The notes beneath the pieces were generated by a model that had not been told where the DNA came from, did not search any database, and worked only from the letters and a program-made list of their open reading frames with translations. DNA of 51,812 nt, taken from positions 1 to 51,812 of the IMG/VR virus record IMGVR_UViG_3300027847_002828; one strand, 5' to 3'. A program made the translations under genes and the position numbers. Positions 36,752 to 44,162 of the stretch are shown here, in pieces; position 1 is the first letter of the stretch, and each line of letters opens with the position of its first letter. This DNA is from a virus (taxonomy: Duplodnaviria > Caudoviricetes).

Positions 36752-37722
36752 TACTTAGTCTCCCGTGGAACCAGACGCAGGCGTACCCGCGCCTTGAAGC
36801 TGGATGTCCAATCTTCAAGATGAGACAGCCGTCTAGTGATGTCAGTCGTGTTGGCATCGGCTCCATCCTTGCCGCCTTTTCCAGCCGGACCAGCAGGCCC
36901 GACCAGCTTATCTTTGTTCAGCTCAAAAAGTTTGAGAAAATCCAGCTCAGGTGTTACGTCGCCCTTAACCCTGGTGCCCGGCAGCCCTTCGAGCACGGCG
37001 ATGCGTGCCTGCATGGCCTCGACAGTTTTCTCAAGCCTCTCGATAGCCTCAGCCATCTTGTTGTCGCTGCCCAGCCTGTCTGGACGGTCGTAACCTTTCA
37101 GGAACTTGGCCAGTTGGCTTGGTGTGGAGGCGTATGCCTCCGTGTCCTTGTCGCTACCATGGGAGATGACACCCACCAGTTCACCGGCCTTGTTGAATAC
37201 CCCGCCACCACTGTCACCGTTCCCGAACTTCCCCTCCTTCACGGAGTAGTGGGCACGGAGAACCTTGAGGTTGCTGGGAGTGGTGGTCCCGAGATAGCTA
37301 AAAATCTTGGGACGAAGCGTCTTACCCGCCCGGAACCCGTAAGCCCTGACGGACACCTCTTTCCGGGGTAACGACGACCCAACCCCCCCAGGAGCCGACG
37401 ACAAATTTGTAACTTTGGGTGACGGATCTGTCACCACGAACAACGCCATGTCGAGATGCTTGTCAACGCGGACCCACTTGGCTGCGTACTGTGTGCCATG
37501 TCGGTCATAGACATCGACGGTCTTTCCGACCTCTGCTCCACCGTGTGCCACGCTGAGTCCGACCGTCGCGTCACCCACGCGGACAATCGTGCCGGAACAA
37601 CCAGCCACCCGAACACTGGCGTTCTCTGCCCTTACCCCAGCCAGGCACCAGGGGGTTTCGGCAGTGGCCAAAGCCACGCAGATAGCCAGTGCTGCCAAGG
37701 TTTTCCGTTTCCGTACCACCAT
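36751..37722 (-). CDS. Exported trypsin-like serine protease with coiled coil and short collagen-like repeat
   Basis: Signal peptide; triad SVAHG / LDMAL / GDSGGG; GPAGPAGKGGKDGAD. Confidence 0.85.
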   Translation of the reverse strand: MVVRKRKTLAALAICVALATAETPWCLAGVRAENASVRVAGCSGTIVRVGDATVGLSVAHGGAEVGKTVDVYDRHGTQYAAKWVRVDKHLDMALFVVTDPSPKVTNLSSAPGGVGSSLPRKEVSVRAYGFRAGKTLRPKIFSYLGTTTPSNLKVLRAHYSVKEGKFGNGDSGGGVFNKAGELVGVISHGSDKDTEAYASTPSQLAKFLKGYDRPDRLGSDNKMAEAIERLEKTVEAMQARIAVLEGLPGTRVKGDVTPELDFLKLFELNKDKLVGPAGPAGKGGKDGADANTTDITRRLSHLEDWTSSFKARVRLRLVPRETK

Positions 37723-37755
37723 GACCCACAGTCTAGTACTACCCTAGACCGTGTG

Positions 37756-37953
37756 TCAACTCTTGTCCTTTCCGTTCGCAAGTTTCCGTTTGACGACCTC
37801 GAATCCCCCGGCCAGAAGCATAAGTTCGACGATGGTCTTGACCTCTGTCTCGTCAAAGGCATTGGAGTTGAGGTAGAGAAAGATCGTGATCCCGGCGAAC
37901 ACTACGATCAGCCGGACGATTGACCAGATGGGGTGTTCTGTGTCGCGTGGCAT
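37756..37953 (-). CDS. Small two-TM membrane protein (holin-like)
   Basis: 65 aa, two hydrophobic segments, basic C-tail KRKLANGKDKS; SD AAGGAG. Confidence 0.55.
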   Translation of the reverse strand: MPRDTEHPIWSIVRLIVVFAGITIFLYLNSNAFDETEVKTIVELMLLAGGFEVVKRKLANGKDKS

Positions 37954-37963
37954 GATAACTCCT

Positions 37964-38098
37964 TGCTACAATGGATGCACTCCCAGACATCAGAGGGATC
38001 TCACGGTCTGGGACAGGCGAGCCACGGACGGCTCGCTGATTTTTTATAACAGACGGCGTGATGACGCAACTCGCCAGGGACCTGGTGAGTAACGTCGT
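37964..38098 (+). ncRNA. Candidate CsrA-binding sRNA (GGA-loop hairpins) with extended -10 promoter
   Basis: TGcTACAAT at 37964-72; hairpins with AGGGA (37994), ACGGA (38024) and AGGGA (38076); T-run 38040-45. Confidence 0.5.
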
Positions 38099-38152
38099 CC
38101 AAAAGTGACCGCCACGACAGGGGTTTGGGCGACGAAATTCTCCACTTTTTTT

Positions 38153-38359
38153 TCACGAAGTCTTCCACACGCTCTCTTGTGCCAGGTCTGTGATAAAGTC
38201 TTCTGCCCAGCAGTTGAGTTCCCACAATTCATTCTTCGTCACCGAACGACCTTCAAACTTGGCCGAGTCGATACAAGCTGAGATAAACGTCGGGGCCTCT
38301 GCTGGTACAACGTCGATAAGCTCGATGTCGGTGAGCTTACTTGGCTCTAGCATCTTCAT
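38153..38359 (-). CDS. Hypothetical protein
   Basis: TFISACIDSAKFEGRSVTKNELWELN; SD AAGGA. Confidence 0.55.
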   Translation of the reverse strand: MKMLEPSKLTDIELIDVVPAEAPTFISACIDSAKFEGRSVTKNELWELNCWAEDFITDLAQESVWKTS

Positions 38360-38392
38360 TGTACGTTTCCTTGCGTGTGTTACGGTACGGTT

Positions 38393-38692
38393 TTATCGGA
38401 AATACGCGAGGCAAACGCCAGCCTGAATCAGACCGACTGCTAGCCACACGACCCTCCAGCCCTTGATATTGCGACGTTCGATCTCAAACATCGCGGTCAA
38501 CGCGACACCAAGACCGGCAGCCTTTGTTGCAACCAGCCCCTCGACGCCTGCAAGATCTATGATTGCAACGCAGAGTGGGTTCAGTTCCACGTCACGCAGA
38601 AACTCTGCATCCTGCACGCAGAAGTAACTGTCTGCTGACGTTCCGATTATTACCAAGGCTATTGGCCAGAGCCTTTTGATTCTGTTGAGCAT
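38393..38692 (-). CDS. DUF5658-like membrane protein
   Basis: D...ELNPL...K motif with three hydrophobic helices. Confidence 0.6.
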   Translation of the reverse strand: MLNRIKRLWPIALVIIGTSADSYFCVQDAEFLRDVELNPLCVAIIDLAGVEGLVATKAAGLGVALTAMFEIERRNIKGWRVVWLAVGLIQAGVCLAYFR

Positions 38693-39048
38693 GAGACTTT
38701 CTCCACGGTTAGCACAACCCTCGGATCAGTCTTGCTGACGCTGAACTCAACAGGCAAGTAGGTAACCTTGTTGTCGTCGCTGAGTATTCCCGCATCGACA
38801 AGACCGTCGATGGCTGATTTGAGGCTTCACAACCCGTTGTCAGGATCACGACGACGCTTATCTTTGTGGAAGAATTCTATGCGCACCATGGCTGCGGACC
38901 AAGGTTCATCTGGAGCAACCATCCTGCCCATCTCCCCGGACAGGGAGCGGTATCCTCTGACGGCAGACGCCTTCTGCATGTAATGCACCCTTGCGTTAGG
39001 GGAACATTCCCCTGGTGGCAACGGTAGCACTACGCGAACCCTGTCCAT
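38659..39048 (-). pseudogene. rusA: RusA-like Holliday junction resolvase interrupted by in-frame TGA (pseudogene or readthrough)
   Basis: LPLPPGECSPN...RRRDPDNGL*SLKSAIDGLVDAGILSDD...PRVVLTV; TGA at 38827-29, frame stays open to TAG 38659. Confidence 0.8.
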
Positions 39049-39097
39049 GTCTAAACCCCTCAGAATACTGTCTTCGGGTGGCCCATTATACCAGCGA

Positions 39098-40849
39098 TCA
39101 CTGGTCTGGTGAACCCGAGTGTACCCCGAGGTGGTGCTGGAACTCCTCGTTGCTTATGGCGTCCTGCGCCCACTCAAGGTACTGGGAAGGCATGTCCTTG
39201 ATCTTCATGCCACGGTACTTGCCGAACCGCATAACGAACTCTGATCCAGACTGAGTCTTCAGCTTGCTGATGATCGCGCCTGCCTGAGCCTTGCTACACT
39301 GGACGGCAAGCTGCCTGTCCACCCCAAGGTCAAGCATGTAGGACACCTGTTTGTCACTGGCTCCGCCTACCAACTTCCCCATGTGCCTGATAGCCCGTGA
39401 CTGATCCCCGAATGGGTCAACCCAATCCGTCGAGTAGCGTGCCGTAGCCCTTATCTTGGCACGCTTGGCACGTTCCGAACGCCTATCCTCCGCCAGCTTC
39501 TCAAGTCGCAACCGTGCTTCTTCGAGAGAATCTGCCGTGGTGGAAGGCTTCTTCTTCTTCCGCATGGTCTTGACGGCCTCAGCGATCACCTCGTCACTGT
39601 AGCTGCTGCCAAGCACGTTGGCTGATGACACGAGCTTGTGCCTGCCGGAGTTGCCCACGAAATCAAGCACCGTAACCCTGGGCTTAGCACTATCAGCGAT
39701 TGCCTTCACCCTGTCGGCGGCATGGGGTATGGGGTCCACAACCCCAGCCAGGGTCCTCGTCCCACGCCCGATGCACTGGCAATAAAGTGACAGAGACTTC
39801 GTGGGTCGGGCCATGGCAATCACCGCACAGGCGGGTGCGTCGAAGCCTTCGGTGAAGACACCAACACCCACTAGCATCTGCAAGCGACCTTGCTGGAAGT
39901 CTCTCACCGCACGCTTGCGGTCGTCGTCCCGCGTCTCGGCCAGTATGCACTGTGCTGTCACCCCGTCATGCCTGTTCAGCACGTCGGTAAGCCTGCGTGC
40001 GTGGTGCTTGTTCACTGCGAACACTAGGGTCGGCCTGCCGTTAGCCTCCTTCACCGTGGGGTCAGCGATGGCGTGAAGCATCTTCTCCTGCTTCTGTAGC
40101 AGGTGAAGTTCTCCAGCACCCATGCCCATGGCAGCGGCCAAGTCCTGTTCGTTGAAGTCGCCAGACTTGGTACGGACCTTGCTGAAGTCGAGTGACTCGA
40201 TGACGACGTACCGTTGCTCGATGTCAACCAGCCACCCCTCACTGATCCCCTGCCGTATGTCCATCTGGTAGGCGACAGTACCAAAGGTAGCACCAAGGCC
40301 ACGCTTGTCGTGCCTGTTGGGGGTAGCCGTTACACCTAGTAACTTCGTGTCACTACCCTGACTGAAGTATTCGATAACCTTCTGGTAGCTGTTACTAGGT
40401 GCGTGGTGTGCCTCGTCAACTATGATGCAGTCGAACTCGGAAGGATCAAACCGCTCCCGCCTAGCCTTGCGTGCAAGAGTCTGGACCGATGCTATCACAG
40501 CGTTGCTCTTAGCCATCAGGCCGTGACGACTGGCTCGCCGTTCACCCATCTCTACGTTGGGTACGGAGCCTGTATGCAACCCGGTCTTGTCCCGTGCCTG
40601 GTCAACCAGTTCCTTACGGTGTGCCAAGATGAGGACTCGCCCAGTACCCTGCTCCCACCTACGGACAACCTCTGAAAAGATCACCGTTTTTCCCAACCCC
40701 GTCGCCATCACCAGCAGGGTACTTGGAGAGCGAGTCCACTCATCGAAGATGGCATCAACCGCTTCCTGTTGGTATGGACGCAGCCGGAATGCTCCGGATA
40801 CGGATGGCGGTTCCACAACGACAGAATCAAACAGTCCTAGTTGAGACAC
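39098..40849 (-). CDS. SF2 DEAD/DEAH-box helicase (ResIII/Irc3-like) with C-terminal DUF3820-like domain
   Basis: LRPYQ, ATGLGKT, DEAHH, TAT, TEGFD, QCIGRGTR; FGKYRGMKIKDMPSQYLEW. Confidence 0.92.
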   Translation of the reverse strand: MSQLGLFDSVVVEPPSVSGAFRLRPYQQEAVDAIFDEWTRSPSTLLVMATGLGKTVIFSEVVRRWEQGTGRVLILAHRKELVDQARDKTGLHTGSVPNVEMGERRASRHGLMAKSNAVIASVQTLARKARRERFDPSEFDCIIVDEAHHAPSNSYQKVIEYFSQGSDTKLLGVTATPNRHDKRGLGATFGTVAYQMDIRQGISEGWLVDIEQRYVVIESLDFSKVRTKSGDFNEQDLAAAMGMGAGELHLLQKQEKMLHAIADPTVKEANGRPTLVFAVNKHHARRLTDVLNRHDGVTAQCILAETRDDDRKRAVRDFQQGRLQMLVGVGVFTEGFDAPACAVIAMARPTKSLSLYCQCIGRGTRTLAGVVDPIPHAADRVKAIADSAKPRVTVLDFVGNSGRHKLVSSANVLGSSYSDEVIAEAVKTMRKKKKPSTTADSLEEARLRLEKLAEDRRSERAKRAKIRATARYSTDWVDPFGDQSRAIRHMGKLVGGASDKQVSYMLDLGVDRQLAVQCSKAQAGAIISKLKTQSGSEFVMRFGKYRGMKIKDMPSQYLEWAQDAISNEEFQHHLGVHSGSPDQ

Positions 40850-41673
40850 TCCCTGTCCTCATCACTAAGTCGGTTGTAGGTCCCTCTGACAATCCAGCCA
40901 CAGCCGTTGCACAGGTCACAGTCGTTGGCACAGGACTCTGCACCGACACCATGTGGGCACTCGGTGTAGTACATGCCGTGAGTGATTTCTTCCTGAGCCT
41001 GCTTCATGGCACGCTCGAACTCTGACAGGTCGATGCACTCACCACCCGGCTTACCCGCCATTCCCCTGACCTCAGCCATGACGCTGCCCAGGCTGAACAC
41101 TACACGCCGCAGGTTCGCAACTGAACCCTGAGTTTCCAGAAGGTGTTCCGGCACTTTGTGACCAAGCTCATCCACCGCACCCTTGACCACCTTCTTCTTC
41201 GGCGGAGCCTTGAGATACTTCTTGACCACCTTGGTTACAGCAGAGGCCGTCACCTTCTTGCTACCACCAGGTGCATCGGGAGCGTTCTCGACAACCTCAG
41301 CCCACACCTTGTCCCGCTTGACGGCTGGGACCTTGAGCAGTTCACGCATCTGCCCCTCGTTTTGTGGCAGGAAGGACAACTGGCCCATGTTGAGCTTGGA
41401 GTATGCGTCAGACGCGGCCATCAACTGGTTCGCACGCCTATGCTCCATGCCCCACTGTTCCTTGAGGAAGACTCCCATCGACTTGCAGCCGCAAGACTCG
41501 TAGAGCTTCTTGGTGCTGATCTCTGTCAGTATCTCACCACACCTGATGAAACCTGACATGACCGACGCGGACACCGTACCGTACTCGTCCACGAGTGACT
41601 GGAGTTCCTCCCTCCTGATCTTGCGAATTACCATGTCGTTCTGTGCAATCGACCCCTCGTCTAGCTTCATCAT
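40837..41673 (-). CDS. Hypothetical DNA-associated protein (DUF3102-like N-terminus, C-terminal Cys cluster)
   Basis: GEILTEI...KLY, LPQNEGQMREL; CPH...CDLCNGCG. Confidence 0.55.
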   Translation of the reverse strand: MMKLDEGSIAQNDMVIRKIRREELQSLVDEYGTVSASVMSGFIRCGEILTEISTKKLYESCGCKSMGVFLKEQWGMEHRRANQLMAASDAYSKLNMGQLSFLPQNEGQMRELLKVPAVKRDKVWAEVVENAPDAPGGSKKVTASAVTKVVKKYLKAPPKKKVVKGAVDELGHKVPEHLLETQGSVANLRRVVFSLGSVMAEVRGMAGKPGGECIDLSEFERAMKQAQEEITHGMYYTECPHGVGAESCANDCDLCNGCGWIVRGTYNRLSDEDRECLN

Positions 41674-42167
41674 CGTATCCTTAGATGTGTGGTCTGCCTG
41701 ATCTCCGTGCCAGGAACATCGCGTTCCTCTTTGAGGGCGTCGAGAACCCTTCTCTTGTCCAGCACTGGCGCAGGCGTGTTGAAATATTCCTCAGGTATAT
41801 CCTTGGGCGTAACAATCTCAACGCTTGGCGGACCCTTGGAAACCCTAGCGTCAAAGACGCCAGCCATCATGTGTTCAATGCCAAGCCGAGTCATGTTGTC
41901 GTAGACGTAATCCTTCATCCAGTCAGCCTTGCGCTTGGCTGAGGCGGCCAGCTTCTTGAGACGGTCAGCCTCCTCCTTGCACCTGCGACTGTCTGCCATG
42001 TATTCAGCGTGAATCTTCAGACAGCCTTCGACCTTGATCTTGATGTCAGTCTGTATCGTCTCAAGGTGTACGGCAATCTCCTGCGGATCGTCGTCATCCT
42101 CCAGGTTGTCCAGCTTAGAAAGGATGTCCTCGAAAGCCTCCGCCAGCTCGTAGAGTTTAGACGCCAT
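41670..42167 (-). CDS. Siphovirus Gp157 family protein
   Basis: KLYEL...EADRL...IPEEY...LDKRRVLDALK...VPG...LRIR. Confidence 0.85.
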   Translation of the reverse strand: MASKLYELAEAFEDILSKLDNLEDDDDPQEIAVHLETIQTDIKIKVEGCLKIHAEYMADSRRCKEEADRLKKLAASAKRKADWMKDYVYDNMTRLGIEHMMAGVFDARVSKGPPSVEIVTPKDIPEEYFNTPAPVLDKRRVLDALKEERDVPGTEIRQTTHLRIR

Positions 42168-42184
42168 AGCCAGTCCTTGCCCCC

Positions 42185-43048
42185 TTATCCTGCTATGTAT
42201 TCTGTTGCAGAGACCATCATCGTCGGGTAGTCAGCACCCGCTGAGTGGCGACGTATCAGCTCCACCACCACGTCCTCTGCACAGTCACGACGTGCCTCGT
42301 CCACAGTGGAAACCGTTCCGTTGCTTGCCCAGAAGACTACCGAGTTAGCAGACTGTGAGTCCGTGCAACCAATGTCATGCTGAAGGATGATCTCTAGCTG
42401 CTTGACCCACTCGTCTGGAGTGGCCAGAGGTTCTTCCTCCAAGGCAGACATGAACTCACCGACCTCATCTTCCGCGTCTTCCACAACTGTCACAACTTCC
42501 GTTTCCGGTGTCGTAACCCCCGACACGTTTTGCCCAGAGGGCACGGCCCAAGCTGGCAAGGCTGGTGGATGCCACCAGAACCAGACGTCCCCTGTCTGGG
42601 AGCCTGAGTTCTTACCCTTCGCCTTGAACCATCCATCCCCAGGCTTCTGCCCAGTACGGCACTCGGCAAAGTTGGTGTCAAGGCTGTATAGATACCTACC
42701 GACACCCCAGAGGACAGCCGCACGCTTCATGGAATCCGAAAGTCCGCCCTTCACTGACTCGAACTCAGTGTTCTCTGCGCCGTCCCACTTGGATATCCAC
42801 TCACCCTCCACTCGGAGAGAGAGGCCACAGAGCACTCCGCCCTGTGGCCCCTTCCGAAAGCGGTTGTACCAGTTCTCTGGCCCCACGACGGAATCCAGTC
42901 TGGTTTGGATAGCCCTGTTGGTGATGTATGCCAGGCACATTGCCCATGGCACACCATCCTTAGCACCACTCTTGCCAACACGCCACCCAATGTCCTGCTC
43001 CGGGAACGGCTCCCTGAGCAACTCAAACACATCAACCGCTTCAGTCAT
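42185..43048 (-). CDS. Rad52/Rad22 (Sak-like) single-strand annealing protein
   Basis: LREPF...IGWRV, YITNRAIQTRLDSVVGPENW, KGGLSDSMKRAAVLWGVGRYLY. Confidence 0.9.
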   Translation of the reverse strand: MTEAVDVFELLREPFPEQDIGWRVGKSGAKDGVPWAMCLAYITNRAIQTRLDSVVGPENWYNRFRKGPQGGVLCGLSLRVEGEWISKWDGAENTEFESVKGGLSDSMKRAAVLWGVGRYLYSLDTNFAECRTGQKPGDGWFKAKGKNSGSQTGDVWFWWHPPALPAWAVPSGQNVSGVTTPETEVVTVVEDAEDEVGEFMSALEEEPLATPDEWVKQLEIILQHDIGCTDSQSANSVVFWASNGTVSTVDEARRDCAEDVVVELIRRHSAGADYPTMMVSATEYIAG

Positions 43049-43050
43049 CG

Positions 43051-43242
43051 CTACCTCGCTTGTTGCTCACCATGTTGCATTTTGGCAGCGACCTCTCCTC
43101 GCAGGATTGAAACATCCTCAGGGAAGTCGAACCCCAGCTTGGCCTTGCCGTCGAAGGTCCGTATCAGGATCACCGTGGATACCCGACCCTGCTCATCGGT
43201 CAGGTTCACACGACCCTCCTCACGCACCGTCAGAACTAGCAT
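43051..43242 (-). CDS. csrA: Carbon storage regulator CsrA/RsmA homolog
   Basis: MLVLTVREEGRV...AKLGFDFPEDVSILRGEV (retains the conserved Arg of the I-x-R-x-E motif). Confidence 0.85.
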   Translation of the reverse strand: MLVLTVREEGRVNLTDEQGRVSTVILIRTFDGKAKLGFDFPEDVSILRGEVAAKMQHGEQQAR

Positions 43243-43525
43243 GGCTGCCCTCCTTGAGTCCGTTACTGCTAGAGAACTTGACCACCCGACGCATCAGTGC
43301 ATGCGCTGTACGCATGTCACCACCGAGACGGCCGTAGGTTTCGAGTGCTGCCTGTGCAGCCTCGGTACCGCCCATCATGTGGACATACTCACTCGTCTTG
43401 GCAAGCCTGTTGAGTACCACGTTTACGTCAATCGTAGACTCCGCCTTGCCCTTCGCCCGCTTCTTACGCCACGCCGCCCTCAATTTTCGAGAGTGGGCTT
43501 TTCTGCGTTCTTCAGTCCATGCCAT
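43220..43525 (-). CDS. Basic hypothetical protein
   Basis: MAWTEERRKAHSRKLRAAWRKKR; first gene after the promoter. Confidence 0.65.
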   Translation of the reverse strand: MAWTEERRKAHSRKLRAAWRKKRAKGKAESTIDVNVVLNRLAKTSEYVHMMGGTEAAQAALETYGRLGGDMRTAHALMRRVVKFSSSNGLKEGSHASSDGA

Positions 43526-43590
43526 GTCGTGTGCCTCAAAAAAAGTGGCACGAGGCTCAGGCCCCGCGAAATTTCCATGCCCGCAATTTA

Positions 43591-43631
43591 TTTATAGCCG
43601 CGCCAATTCGAGTCGTCAAGACCGACGGTCT
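43591..43631 (-). promoter_or_regulatory. Sigma70 promoter with abutting palindromic operator candidate
   Basis: TTGACG-N17-TATAAA (43619-43591); AGACCG-A-CGGTCT at 43619-43631. Confidence 0.6.
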
Positions 43632-43660
43632 AAAACATTTCCGAAATTGAAAAATAAAAT

Positions 43661-43879
43661 TCAATCCAGAAGATCGGCGGGACGTATCTCGACGGCTGTC
43701 GCAATTCTCTGCAACGCCGGGATTGAGGGCCAACGCTCTCCACGTTCGTACTTGTACCAGGAGTCGCCGTGGAGGTCGGCCTTGTATGCGGCTTCAACAA
43801 CACTCAGTCCGATTCGCACCCTGTGCGAGCGGAGCCTTTTGCCAAACCGTTTTTGGCTATTAGTGTGTTCTCTTGTCAT
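43661..43879 (-). CDS. Cro/C1-type HTH repressor
   Basis: FGKRLRSHRVRIGLSVVEAA...WYKYERGERWPSIPALQRIATAVEIRPADLLD. Confidence 0.85.
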   Translation of the reverse strand: MTREHTNSQKRFGKRLRSHRVRIGLSVVEAAYKADLHGDSWYKYERGERWPSIPALQRIATAVEIRPADLLD

Positions 43880-43886
43880 TAGACGT

Positions 43887-43915
43887 GTTGTATAATGTCG
43901 TAGGCGAAAAGTCAA
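43887..43915 (-). promoter_or_regulatory. Promoter giving a probably leaderless repressor mRNA
   Basis: TTGACT-N17-TACAAC, 7 nt before ATG 43879, no SD. Confidence 0.55.
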
Positions 43916-44012
43916 CTACCCAAACGACACAACCCCGGCTGGCTAGACCAGGGTTGTGTCCATCGTGGGGCACACAACTCACACGATGGCATGGTTCGCC
44001 GGACACTGCGCC

Positions 44013-44147
44013 CTAGTAGCCGCTGGACTTCTTCTTGCCGCTCTTTTTGCCCATCTCGGCCTTGCCCTTGACGTTCTTGACGTACTTGCCGAACTTCGGC
44101 TTGGATGCACTGGATTCGGAGTAACCGCCACTCTTTTTCTTGGCCAT
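44013..44147 (-). CDS. 44-aa Lys-rich basic microprotein (not in ORF track)
   Basis: SD GAGGTG; MAKKKSGGYSESSASKPKFGKYVKNVKGKAEMGKKSGKKKSSGY. Confidence 0.7.
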   Translation of the reverse strand: MAKKKSGGYSESSASKPKFGKYVKNVKGKAEMGKKSGKKKSSGY

Positions 44148-44162
44148 GTCATCACCTCATTC

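Noticed and set aside
38827-38829. Genome-wide UGA reassignment
   Set aside because: Many genes end in TGA with ATGA/TGATG coupling, and I noticed no other gene interrupted this way
42387-43597. Long plus-strand ORFs (42387-43337, 42905-43597)
   Set aside because: Antisense to the clear Rad52/Sak and csrA genes
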